A stretch of DNA of 64,000 nt, from positions 32,001 through 96,000 of the forward strand of contig JAHPZA010000010.1 of the NCBI GenBank assembly GCA_019058445.1, given 5' to 3'. Source of the stretch: Promethearchaeota archaeon (GTDB lineage Archaea > Asgardarchaeota > Lokiarchaeia > Sigyniarchaeales > SOKP01). The translations under genes and the position numbers were made by a program. Each line of letters starts with the position of its first letter. Position 1 is the stretch's first letter. Below, in pieces: positions 30,841 to 40,544 of the stretch. The notes below the pieces were generated by a model, which worked only from the letters and a program-made list of their open reading frames with translations, ran no database searches and had not been told where the DNA came from.

Positions 30841-32340
30841 CTAATATTTTCCCAATAGATCATGTGGTCTTGCTTCTGTTTGTCCTATGGCAGAAATTAC
30901 TCCCATTTTCGCAGTTCTCATATTTAGAAGATTTTGAGCTCCTGCATATATCATCCCGTTAGCTAATCCTTCCTTTAAAGTTTCTAGCATGCTTTCTAAT
31001 GGTCCAGTAAAGGGTACATAGTCAGATACACCTTCAGGAAGCATTTTAGCTTCAACACTGTATCTATCCAATACATAATTCGTAGTCCGCGCTTCCTTTG
31101 AGCCCATCCCTCTATAAATCTTTACCTTTCTCCCTTGAATGGTATCTAAATATCCCGGGCTTTCGGTTGTACCAGCAAAAAAATGGCCAGACATAATCAT
31201 ATCAGCGCCGACTGCGAATGCTTTTGGTAGATCTCCTGGATTTTTAAATCCTCCATCAGCGATTAATCCCATTTTGGGATTATAGTCCGCTATAGCGTCT
31301 GCAACTTCAGCAGTGGCAAACAAAGTTGGAGCTCCAACTCCAGTTTGGATGGAGGTAGTACAAATTGAACCAGAACCCATCCCCACTTTCAATGCAATAA
31401 GTTTTTCAGGATAGTCGCATTTAGTCAAAATAAACTCAGCGGCTTCATAAGTCCCTATATTCCCAACGATAAAATCACCTTCCAGTAAATCCATTAATTT
31501 TCGCGTACCTTCAATATCATCTTTTTTATAAAAATCTGCTACATCTATGAAGAATATATCCGAATATTGGTCGATTTCTTTAAGTTTTGAAACTGCCTCA
31601 CTGGATGTCGGGTATTTTGGACTAATTGCTAGAGCACATAGTAAACGGCCTTCTTCATCTATTGTAGCTAAGGGGAACTCGGGTTTTAGATCCTTTTTAG
31701 TAATTAAGCCTCTTAAGTTTCCATTATCGATTATAGGTAATTTTTCGATTCTATGCTTGAATAACATTTCTAAAGCCTCTTTACGGGATGCATTTGGTTT
31801 AATAGAAATTACATCCCTTGTCATGAAATCTTTCACATGCCCCTTTTTGCATTCCTCTTCTGAATATGGAATGTCTCTTTTTGTAAATATTCCACAGACC
31901 TTATTATTTTCATCAACTACTACTAATCCGCTAATGCCATAGTTTTCCAAAAAGTCTTTTGCTTTATATAAGGGTTCATCTGGTGTGATTGTTGCTACAT
32001 CTTCAATAACAAAAGATCGAGCTCGCTTTACGTGGCGCACCATTTTTAATTGTTTTTCAAAGGAACAATTTCGATGTAAAACACCTAATCCTCCAAAAAG
32101 TGCCATTTTAATTGCCATTTCTTCTTCTGTGACGGTGTCCATTGCTGCTGACATTATTGGTAAATTAAATTTATACTTTTCTCCTAATTTAGTAGAAATA
32201 TCGACTTCACTTGGTCCAAAGCTAGTATATCCCGGAAGGAGAAGAACATCATCAAAAGTTGTGATTAACTCATTTGTATGGGCTTTTTTACGGAAATAAT
32301 CTGACATTTTAAATTCACTTATTTGTAATATTTTCTTCAA
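30841..32340 (-). CDS. guaB: IMP dehydrogenase with CBS pair
   Basis: TFDDVLLLP, SAAMDTVTE, VGMGSGSICTT, IADGG, YRGMGS, PEGV. Confidence 0.95.
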   Translation of the reverse strand: MKKILQISEFKMSDYFRKKAHTNELITTFDDVLLLPGYTSFGPSEVDISTKLGEKYKFNLPIMSAAMDTVTEEEMAIKMALFGGLGVLHRNCSFEKQLKMVRHVKRARSFVIEDVATITPDEPLYKAKDFLENYGISGLVVVDENNKVCGIFTKRDIPYSEEECKKGHVKDFMTRDVISIKPNASRKEALEMLFKHRIEKLPIIDNGNLRGLITKKDLKPEFPLATIDEEGRLLCALAISPKYPTSSEAVSKLKEIDQYSDIFFIDVADFYKKDDIEGTRKLMDLLEGDFIVGNIGTYEAAEFILTKCDYPEKLIALKVGMGSGSICTTSIQTGVGAPTLFATAEVADAIADYNPKMGLIADGGFKNPGDLPKAFAVGADMIMSGHFFAGTTESPGYLDTIQGRKVKIYRGMGSKEARTTNYVLDRYSVEAKMLPEGVSDYVPFTGPLESMLETLKEGLANGMIYAGAQNLLNMRTAKMGVISAIGQTEARPHDLLGKY

Positions 32341-32496
32341 ATATTAATTATAAAGCGATTACTAGGTTATAAATCTTTATCACGAACAATAATATAAAAA
32401 GGAAAGCTCTGAACAGAATTTTCTTGTTTTTATTAATAATTTAATAAAACATGATTAGGGAAATTGAAGGATTAGCTATCTAAGTCTAAACTGATA

Positions 32497-33660
32497 TTAA
32501 GATATTTTTACTCTGACATTAATTCCTCGTTTTGCTAATTCCTCAACAAAATAATCTCCAGGGATTGCTAATTCGACGGGAATAGCCCCTTTTTGAACTT
32601 TTTCCTGAGCCATCATGATTGCTACAATTGAAGCATCCCAACCTGTTGTTCTCTCCATCGCTGTAAATTCTGTGCTTTCATCGTAATAGTCAATTAAATC
32701 TAAAACAACTTCCGCTTCCTTTCCATCTTTCAACCCTAAGCATTTAATTTTAATAACTACTAAATCTTTATCTCCCGGTATAACGACTTTTGGTTCTAAA
32801 AGAGCATGAAGTACTTCCCGAGGAACAATCTTTTTATTATTTATTATTAAAGGCTTTAAATCAAATAATCCTAAATCCCACCATGCTCTTAATTGTGTAA
32901 AATGTCCAGGATAACGAACCGTTTTATTTTGGTATGTCTTAAGCTTTCCTTCGAATGTCCAAGGTGCTGTCGATGTACCTCCTCCAGTTGTGAAGGCTTC
33001 TAAACGACCTACGGGGGGAGAAAAATCTATTTCCTCTAGCTCTTCTAATGGTTGAATCTCAGTAAGTTTCCCCTCTCTTAAAAATAGGGTGGGTTCAGCA
33101 TATTCATTTGTTAATCCTTCAACATTAAAAGTCAAAAGATAATTAAAAGGCGGTCGGGGATTCTGAGGTAGACCACCATCCCACATGAGAACATCGCGTG
33201 GTTCATCTAATAGACTCATGGCATATACACATAATGTTGTTCCCATTCCTGGTACTTGCCCACAATCAGGAACAATGCTTATACCTGCTTCTATAGCCTG
33301 AAAATTGAGTTTCAATTGCTCTTTAACAAGGTCGGTATTTCCCCCCAAATCACACATACTTGCTTTTACTTCTATAGCTGCTTTAGTAATATCTAGATTA
33401 TAATAATAAGGTACAGAACTAAGAAAAGCATCAACTCCATTAAGAAAATCAATCAGAGAGGAATGATCCTTTACATCAACTTGCTTGGCTTCTGCTATTT
33501 TTATATTGAGTAGGCTATTAACTCTTTTAGCAGCTTTTTCAGCATTTGCAATAGATATATCACCCAATAAGACTTTTTCAGCATCGCCATGTTTTGCCAT
33601 ATCATATGCGGCAGCTGTTCCTTGTCTCCCTGCACCAAGAACAGCATAATTATAACCCAT
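32497..33660 (-). CDS. Saccharopine/lysine 6-dehydrogenase family protein
   Basis: GAGRQG, DLGGN, DCGQVPG, GGLPQ, TAMERTTG. Confidence 0.88.
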   Translation of the reverse strand: MGYNYAVLGAGRQGTAAAYDMAKHGDAEKVLLGDISIANAEKAAKRVNSLLNIKIAEAKQVDVKDHSSLIDFLNGVDAFLSSVPYYYNLDITKAAIEVKASMCDLGGNTDLVKEQLKLNFQAIEAGISIVPDCGQVPGMGTTLCVYAMSLLDEPRDVLMWDGGLPQNPRPPFNYLLTFNVEGLTNEYAEPTLFLREGKLTEIQPLEELEEIDFSPPVGRLEAFTTGGGTSTAPWTFEGKLKTYQNKTVRYPGHFTQLRAWWDLGLFDLKPLIINNKKIVPREVLHALLEPKVVIPGDKDLVVIKIKCLGLKDGKEAEVVLDLIDYYDESTEFTAMERTTGWDASIVAIMMAQEKVQKGAIPVELAIPGDYFVEELAKRGINVRVKIS

Positions 33661-33725
33661 ATCTTATCCCAATTAAATTAGTTCAATTCTAATATATTAA
33701 TAAATGAAATTTAATACGCTAAAAA

Positions 33726-34637
33726 TTACATGCGAGTTAAATTTTTTCTTTGCATATTCTGAATTCTTGGATCATTTATGAATGCATCTAAGGTTTCAAT
33801 AAATTTCTCCCTATCTTCTTTGATATTTGATGATTCTATTGCACAATAATTCGATACGTGATCATTAAACACTTGTGAAGTGACATTTTCACCCAGATTT
33901 GCGATGATGTCTCTCTCTTCTTTTAAACATTCAATAGGTTTCAATAATTTAAATTCCCCAGATTTCCATTCTTTCCAGAGGGGAGTATTGGGCATAATAT
34001 TTAGGGTTCTGAACCGAAATATAGTGGGATTTATCGCTGTTAACACTCTTGCTGTCTCTTTAACATGTTCTTCAGAATATTTATAACTGCCTAATCCGAG
34101 AATAATATATAAACTTAGCTTAATTCCAGCGTTTAATACTTTTTTACCTGCTTTTATCATTGATTTCGCATTTGTACCTTTTTTCATAATTCTTAATATC
34201 TCACTAGAGCCACTTTCTAAACCCATGTAAACGATATCTAAGCCTGCTGCAGCTAATCGTTTTAAATCTTCATTACTTTTTCGTAAAATATCCAAAGCCT
34301 TAGCGTAGCTACTCACTCGAGGCACATTTTTTAGTCTTAATCTCACATATTTAATAATCTCAACAAGATAATCGGTTGGAGCTGAAGTGGGATTACCTCC
34401 CGCTAAAAAGACTGGAAATCCGTGATAATTCATTTCTACTTTTTGATCAATATCTCTCAAAACATCTTCTAATGGTCTTATAGTATAATCTTGACCCCCG
34501 CCATAAATCCCCTTATAAGTCCCGCAAAACCTGCATTGATTCCACGAACAGCCTCCTGTAACAGCAATCAAAACAGAATAAGCTTCAACCGGTGGTCTAA
34601 TAATTATTTGTTCAGGAGGAAGTTTTTTGCTCATCAA
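33726..34637 (-). CDS. Radical SAM protein (paralogue of 42953..43870)
   Basis: RPPVEAYS, CSWNQCRFC, YMGLESG, NDHVSNY. Confidence 0.9.
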   Translation of the reverse strand: MMSKKLPPEQIIIRPPVEAYSVLIAVTGGCSWNQCRFCGTYKGIYGGGQDYTIRPLEDVLRDIDQKVEMNYHGFPVFLAGGNPTSAPTDYLVEIIKYVRLRLKNVPRVSSYAKALDILRKSNEDLKRLAAAGLDIVYMGLESGSSEILRIMKKGTNAKSMIKAGKKVLNAGIKLSLYIILGLGSYKYSEEHVKETARVLTAINPTIFRFRTLNIMPNTPLWKEWKSGEFKLLKPIECLKEERDIIANLGENVTSQVFNDHVSNYCAIESSNIKEDREKFIETLDAFINDPRIQNMQRKNLTRM

Positions 34638-34810
34638 TTTTTATCAAATGTTTTTTATTAGTAAGATCATATATAGATAAAATATTCGCTAATTTAGATT
34701 TTTACATTATAAAATAATATAGATTTCGATTATTTTTTTTGGCAAGCACAATTTAATATTTATAAATAAGAAAATAATCATCTCCAACATTTTTTGGAAC
34801 TCAAGTATGT

Positions 34811-35404
34811 ATGATAATTCCAGAAGAAAATATTAGTTATGCTTTTAAGATAGTATTAATCGGTGCTCCAGGGGTTGGAAAAACATGTTTATTTAACAGA
34901 TATTGTTTTAATTCATTTGATATAAATACAAAAATGACATTAGGAATAAGTTTTCATTCTACTTATTTAAGAATCAAATTTCCAAAGATTAAGAGTAAGA
35001 AGGAGCAATACGCAGTCAATTCGATCTTCGACTTTGGAGGTCAAGAACGATTTCGACCTATGCTACCAAAATTTTTAGAGGGAGCAAACGGGGCATTATT
35101 GGTTTTTGATTTAGTTAATTTTTCATCATTTGAGCAATTAGATTATTGGCATAATATGCTTGTTAACCATACAGGAAGCTTAAATATTCCAATCTTATTA
35201 ATTGGGAGTAAAAGTGATTTATTAGATAAAACTTCAGAAACTGAAAGGGTTAATGATGAACTTATCATGGATTTTATTAAAATGAAAGACCTAGATGGGT
35301 ATTACAAAACAAGTGCGTTAGAAAATTATAACATTTTAGATGTTTTTAAGAATTTAACTAATTTAATGTTAAAAATCCATAATTCAGGAGCCGTTGTCAT
35401 CTAA
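34811..35404 (+). CDS. Rab/Ras-like small GTPase
   Basis: GAPGVGKT, DFGGQERF, SKSD, TSAL. Confidence 0.92.
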   Translation: MIIPEENISYAFKIVLIGAPGVGKTCLFNRYCFNSFDINTKMTLGISFHSTYLRIKFPKIKSKKEQYAVNSIFDFGGQERFRPMLPKFLEGANGALLVFDLVNFSSFEQLDYWHNMLVNHTGSLNIPILLIGSKSDLLDKTSETERVNDELIMDFIKMKDLDGYYKTSALENYNILDVFKNLTNLMLKIHNSGAVVI

Positions 35405-35430
35405 TTTAAGCCATTGAGAAAATTCTTTTC

Positions 35431-36510
35431 TTAAAATTCACGTAAATAAATGAAATCGCTAAATTCATTAAAAAATTCTTTTTGTTCTCTATTGAGGTCA
35501 GGATAAATTTCTCTCAAATGCTCTTTAGCTTCCTGTACTAAATTTTTACTAAAATGTTCCGCTATTATTATTGCGTTAGTTTCAGCAAAAATTTTCATAA
35601 CTTCATTAACGTCACTTTTAGTTGTATCAGGTTTGCGATAAATCTCATTCAACTTCTTTGACTGTACTTCATCAGTATTTTGCACAGCTAAAATATAAAG
35701 AAATTTCTTCTTTCTATCTTTAATATCAGACTCAACATCTAATATATCATCTCGAATAGCATGGGCCTGACCTATTCTTAACATGGCTTCGGATAAGGGT
35801 TTTATCTGATAGTGGATATTTCCTCTTGCAAGGATGGCCCCTATTTTAGCAGATTTCTCTAATACTCTTGCCCTTTGCATCTCAGCTATGTTAAGATATT
35901 GTTCTAGAGTCATTGTAATATTATGATACTCCATGTATTCTTCTATAATCATACCTTTCATTAAATAGTCCATTGCTTCAGAATATTCATTAATAGCTAA
36001 TAATTTTAGCTGATCAGGAAATTTAGAAAAACGAATTATATCCAATCCTGTAATATAACCAAGAGATCCTCCAAGAATACTTAAATCTCTCCCATATAAT
36101 TCGATTAATTTATCCTTCTCAGATATATCGACTGATTTATAGACATTATTAATTTCGTTTTGTAATTGCTTATGAAAAGCCGGTTCACCCCTTCTCATAT
36201 CATCATTATCAATTAAATCGTCATGAATTAAATGCCCACTGTGAAGAAACTCTACCGCCATTGCTACTTTTCTGATTTCCCCTAAATTATCTTCTAAATA
36301 CATTGGATTAATAATTCCATTAAAAGCAGCAATCAAGAGAATAGGATGAATTCGTTTAGCCTTGCTCTTCTCCGGTATGATGAAGTTTCTCATTTTGCTA
36401 TTAAAATCTGCAAAAAGTAGCTCTTTTTCTTTTTTATTAAGTTTATTGAAAAATTTTTCTAATTCTAGATTAATAGCCTCTCTTTCAGATTTAAAGAATT
36501 CTTCAATCAT
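35431..36510 (-). CDS. Polyprenyl diphosphate synthase family protein, divergent
   Basis: LIHDDLIDNDDMRRG (first Asp-rich motif) and RDDILD (second); other motifs altered. Confidence 0.85.
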   Translation of the reverse strand: MIEEFFKSEREAINLELEKFFNKLNKKEKELLFADFNSKMRNFIIPEKSKAKRIHPILLIAAFNGIINPMYLEDNLGEIRKVAMAVEFLHSGHLIHDDLIDNDDMRRGEPAFHKQLQNEINNVYKSVDISEKDKLIELYGRDLSILGGSLGYITGLDIIRFSKFPDQLKLLAINEYSEAMDYLMKGMIIEEYMEYHNITMTLEQYLNIAEMQRARVLEKSAKIGAILARGNIHYQIKPLSEAMLRIGQAHAIRDDILDVESDIKDRKKKFLYILAVQNTDEVQSKKLNEIYRKPDTTKSDVNEVMKIFAETNAIIIAEHFSKNLVQEAKEHLREIYPDLNREQKEFFNEFSDFIYLREF

Positions 36511-36696
36511 CTAAGACCAACTAATTTTATTAAAGGCAATAATTTAATAAAATAAATATCATAATTATTTATCTTTTTTTTGTAAAAGTAAATTTTAATT
36601 ATGAACATAAGTAATTTGGTCTAAAAAATTAAAAAAAAATGTATAAATCGACACTCCGTTCTGAATAAATCTGCTTTCATTTATCTAATACATAAT

Positions 36697-38025
36697 ATGC
36701 TTTTAACTCATAAGATTCGCATCTTTCCTACTCACGATCAAGAAATTGTTTTAAGGGATCTAGCAGAAAAATGCAGATTAATTTATAACTTTGCGTTAGA
36801 GGAAAGAATAGAGGATTGGAAGCAGAATAAAAAAAGAAGTAAAGAAGAGAGGCTTTATATCAGCTATACAGAGCAACAAAATAACTTGCCACATCTAAAA
36901 AAAAAATATCCAGAATATAAATGGGTATATTCGAAAGTTCTCCAAATGACATTGAGAAAACTTGACGAGGCTTACAAATCTTTTTTTACTAAATGGAAAA
37001 AAGGAGATACTACAACCCGTCCCCCGAAATTTAAAGGAAAAAAATATTTTACAACGTTATGTTATAATCAAAGTGGATTTAAAATCGAAAAAGATAAGAT
37101 TGAGTTTTCCCATAAGCATCCCTCGAAAACATTATTAAATTTTAGTCTCAAATATCCATTTCATTATGAAAACAATGAAATTAAACAAGTAGAACTTTTT
37201 CTAGATTCACAAAATCGTTGGTTTATTTCAATTAATTATGAACATTTAATCCCTAAATATAGAGATAACGGACTATATCAGGCGATTGATTTGGGAATAT
37301 CTAATCTCGTTTCCGCCGTAAACTTAGATTTCAAGTTCGTTCAAGTCAAAAACAGAAGGGCGGACCTTTATTGGAGGAAAAAAATCGAGGAAGTCCAATC
37401 AAAACGAGACCATTGTAAAAAATATAGCCATAGATGGTATAGATATACCACAAAACTCAACAAAATGAAGCGAAAATGTGCACATCAAATGCGTGATTAT
37501 CAGCATAAAATTTCCAAGAAAATTGTTTCAAATACAAAAGCAAATACTATCATCATTGGAGATTTAGATGTGAAAAAAATGGCTAAAAGGAAAAAGGGAA
37601 CGGGAAGCTCGTTAAAAAATAAAATGAATAAAACATTAAACCACTCCATACAAAATACTGGGTCTTTAGGACGATTTGCCGAGTTCTTAACCTATAAAGC
37701 CAAGCTTGTAGGTAAAAGAGTAATAAGAACTGACGAGTCGTACACCTCCCAAGACTGTTGCTTGTGTGGAAAACGGGTCAAAAGAAAAATATCCGAAAGG
37801 ACTATCAATTGCGATTGTGGAAATCGTATGGACAGAGACCTTAATTCTGCTGTAAATATTATGGTAAACCTCTTACATAATAAGCATGAATATGATTTCC
37901 TATTGCATCAACCCTCTTTGAACGAGGAATCCTTCCTTACTCGGTTGGATTTGCTACGAAACACAGCCCTATCGCCGTTATTTACGGGAGATAGAGGACT
38001 CGTAGTGAAGGCGAAAAATCTATAA
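36697..38025 (+). CDS. tnpB: TnpB RNA-guided endonuclease with rearranged RuvC-II
   Basis: N-terminal HTH (KIRIFPT, CRLIYNFAL), PKFK, AIDLG, IIIGDL, DESYTSQDCCLCG, CDCG, DRDLNSAVNI. Confidence 0.93.
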   Translation: MLLTHKIRIFPTHDQEIVLRDLAEKCRLIYNFALEERIEDWKQNKKRSKEERLYISYTEQQNNLPHLKKKYPEYKWVYSKVLQMTLRKLDEAYKSFFTKWKKGDTTTRPPKFKGKKYFTTLCYNQSGFKIEKDKIEFSHKHPSKTLLNFSLKYPFHYENNEIKQVELFLDSQNRWFISINYEHLIPKYRDNGLYQAIDLGISNLVSAVNLDFKFVQVKNRRADLYWRKKIEEVQSKRDHCKKYSHRWYRYTTKLNKMKRKCAHQMRDYQHKISKKIVSNTKANTIIIGDLDVKKMAKRKKGTGSSLKNKMNKTLNHSIQNTGSLGRFAEFLTYKAKLVGKRVIRTDESYTSQDCCLCGKRVKRKISERTINCDCGNRMDRDLNSAVNIMVNLLHNKHEYDFLLHQPSLNEESFLTRLDLLRNTALSPLFTGDRGLVVKAKNL

Positions 38026-38053
38026 ATTTTTAGATATTTTTACCTATGTTCAA
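37900..38053 (+). ncRNA. Putative omegaRNA (reRNA) scaffold overlapping the tnpB 3' end
   Basis: TTGCTACGA (37951-59) pairs with TCGTAGTGA (38000-08), enclosing CCCTATCGCCGT/ACGGGAGATAGAGG; followed by an AAAAATCTA/TAGATATTTTT hairpin. Confidence 0.6.
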
Positions 38054-38104
38054 TTATTGAACTATCTTAATCTAATTCATCAAAATAAAATAAATGATTG
38101 AAAA

Positions 38105-38611
38105 ATGAAGTTAGCAGTTATTTCAGACACACACGATCATAAGGACAATATTTTAAAAGCAGTTTCCATAATGAACGAAAGAAATGTTGATGCCTTAATA
38201 CACTGTGGCGATTATGTGGCCCCTTTTGTAAAGAGATGGTTTGATGGATTGAAAAACAGTATAAAAAAGAATTTCTATGGAGTTTGGGGTAACAATGATG
38301 GAGAGAGAGTGTTTTTAAAGCAAAATCTTGGACAAATTTGCAATATTGTGGGTATGGAAATTAATAAAGAATTTGATGGTAAGAAAGTTTTTGCTGCTCA
38401 CATGCCAACACAAGAAACAATAGACGCCTTAGCAAATTCCAACAAATACGACATTATTTTAACTGGTCATACCCATGCTGTAGTAAATGAAAAGTATGAA
38501 AACGGAGTATTAGTTGTAAATCCCGGAGAGGCTTGTGGATATTTATCTGGAAAAGCAACATTTGCTATAATCGACCTCGATAAATTGATAGCTGAAATAA
38601 TAGAATTATAA
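38105..38611 (+). CDS. YfcE/MJ0936 (Vps29-like) metallophosphoesterase
   Basis: ISDTHD, HCGD, GNND, GHTH, NPGE. Confidence 0.9.
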   Translation: MKLAVISDTHDHKDNILKAVSIMNERNVDALIHCGDYVAPFVKRWFDGLKNSIKKNFYGVWGNNDGERVFLKQNLGQICNIVGMEINKEFDGKKVFAAHMPTQETIDALANSNKYDIILTGHTHAVVNEKYENGVLVVNPGEACGYLSGKATFAIIDLDKLIAEIIEL

Positions 38612-38671
38612 ATTTTATTACTTCTTTTTCTTTTTTCAAAACCTTTTATTTAGGAAATCATAATCTTTATT

Positions 38672-39886
38672 ATGCTACCTTTAGAGGATATTACAGTTTT
38701 AGATCTCACAAGAATGCTGCCAGGCCCCTACTGTACAATGATTTTAGGGGACTTGGGAGCAAATATTATTCGTGTTGAAGATCCAAATTACCCATACGCA
38801 AATCCCCCTCCTTTCTTTCAAAAAGGGAGATATCGTGAAAGTGCGTTCAATTCTATTATTATGAGAAATAAAAAATCTATAACTCTTAATCTGAAAAAAG
38901 AGAAAGCAAGAGGAGTCTTCTATGAGTTAGTAAAACATGCAGATGTAGTTTTAGACACTTATCGTCCTAAAGTTATGGATAAATTAAAGATTGATTATGA
39001 AACTCTTTCTTCAATAAATCCTTCAATTATATGTTGTTCTCTGACAGGATATGGTCAATATGGCCCCTATGAACAAATAGCGGGGCATGATCTGAATTAT
39101 ATCGGTATTTGTGGAATATTAGATTTAAATAGACAAAGAGCTATTTTTGGTCAAGAAAATCAAGAAAGACCCCCTATAGTTCCCGGACTTCAAGCGGCAG
39201 ATGTTGGAGGGGGGTTAGTTACAACTATAGGGATACTTGGAGCACTTATGGAAAGAGAGAGGAATCCTGAAAAGAGGGGGCAGTATCTAGACATTGCAAT
39301 GACAGATTGTGTTTTCTCTTTTATGCCTATGGCCGCTGCATATCATTTCTCTAAAGATTTAAATGATGGAAAGATAACACCTATAAATCCTTTACATGGA
39401 GAACTTCCCCTTTATGCGGTTTTTAAAACAAAAGATAATAATTATCTATCTGTAGGAGCCATTGAGTTAAAATTTCGGCGAGAAGTATTTTTAGGGATTG
39501 GTCGTGAAGATTTAATATTAAAAGGAAATCCTGTGGGTGAAGAGAAAGAATATGTTTATGAAGAAATGCAAAAAGAATTCTTAAAGAAAACTCAAAAAGA
39601 ATGGATGGAAATATTTATCAATAAGGATGCTTGTGTTATGCCAGTTAATTCATTTGAGGAAGCATGTGAAGATCCTCAAATTAAAGCTCGTAATATGGTT
39701 GTGAAGCTTGAACATCCTAAATTTGGGGAAGTTCAAAATATTGCTTCGCCAATTAAAATGTCGAGAACTCCATTGAAAACTAGGAGTTTAGCCCCAAAAG
39801 TAGGACAACATACAAAGGAAATATTAAGGAATCTCAACTATTCTGATGAAGATATTCGGGACCTAAAAAGAAATGGGATTATCTAA
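38672..39886 (+). CDS. CaiB/BaiF family III CoA-transferase
   Basis: VLDLTRMLPGP, RNKKSITLNLK, GYGQYGP, GHDLNY. Confidence 0.93.
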   Translation: MLPLEDITVLDLTRMLPGPYCTMILGDLGANIIRVEDPNYPYANPPPFFQKGRYRESAFNSIIMRNKKSITLNLKKEKARGVFYELVKHADVVLDTYRPKVMDKLKIDYETLSSINPSIICCSLTGYGQYGPYEQIAGHDLNYIGICGILDLNRQRAIFGQENQERPPIVPGLQAADVGGGLVTTIGILGALMERERNPEKRGQYLDIAMTDCVFSFMPMAAAYHFSKDLNDGKITPINPLHGELPLYAVFKTKDNNYLSVGAIELKFRREVFLGIGREDLILKGNPVGEEKEYVYEEMQKEFLKKTQKEWMEIFINKDACVMPVNSFEEACEDPQIKARNMVVKLEHPKFGEVQNIASPIKMSRTPLKTRSLAPKVGQHTKEILRNLNYSDEDIRDLKRNGII

Positions 39887-39928
39887 AACCTCAGCATTTA
39901 TATGAATACGTAATCAGACAGATATAAT

Positions 39929-40465
39929 ATGCTTATGAAAGAAGAAATTGAATCACTGAAAGAACTTTTAGAAGTAAATCCAGATAACATTAATGCGTGG
40001 ATGAATCTTGCTCAAATCTACTATGATACAGGAGATTTTGAAAATGCTATAGAAACTTTTAAGCAAGCTTTAAAAATTGAATCAGATAATGCTTTAATAT
40101 GGCAGAATTTGGGATACCTTTACAATGAAAAAGGTTTATATCATGATGCTATAGAAAGTTTAAGAAAGGCTCTGGAGATTAACCCAAATTTATCGGTCGC
40201 TTGGACAGAATTAAGTTTTTCATATATAGAATTAGCTGATTATGATAAAACGATTGATGCATGCAAGCAAGCATTAAAAATAGATGAGAATGATGAAACT
40301 GCTTGGACAAATCTCGGTTCTGCCTATTATAACAAAAAACAATATAAGAAAGCAATTGAAGCCGTGAGAAAAGCTTTAAGGATTATTCCTAATTTAGAAT
40401 TCGCACAGACGGTTTTAGAATTAGCAGAAAAAGCGAATAAAGAAAATAGAAGATTGGAAACTTAA
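39929..40465 (+). CDS. TPR repeat protein
   Basis: Four W-x-x-L-G/A/S...A...AL repeats of about 34 aa. Confidence 0.9.
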   Translation: MLMKEEIESLKELLEVNPDNINAWMNLAQIYYDTGDFENAIETFKQALKIESDNALIWQNLGYLYNEKGLYHDAIESLRKALEINPNLSVAWTELSFSYIELADYDKTIDACKQALKIDENDETAWTNLGSAYYNKKQYKKAIEAVRKALRIIPNLEFAQTVLELAEKANKENRRLET

Positions 40466-40544
40466 TAACATTTATTTAAGATTTCTTTTATATATTTTAA
40501 AGAATACTAAATTTTCTAATTGAAATTATTATTCCATATTTAAA

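Larger units (their letters stand above)
36600..38055 (+). mobile_element. Non-autonomous tnpB-only IS200/IS605/IS607-like element; boundaries approximate
   Basis: tnpB with no tnpA, inserted between housekeeping-type genes; hairpins at the 3' end; TTCAA at 38049-38053. Confidence 0.55.

Noticed and set aside
35387-35404. CaaX-like end (AVVI) of the small GTPase next to a prenyl synthase
   Set aside because: No cysteine, so it cannot be prenylated; the genes are convergent.
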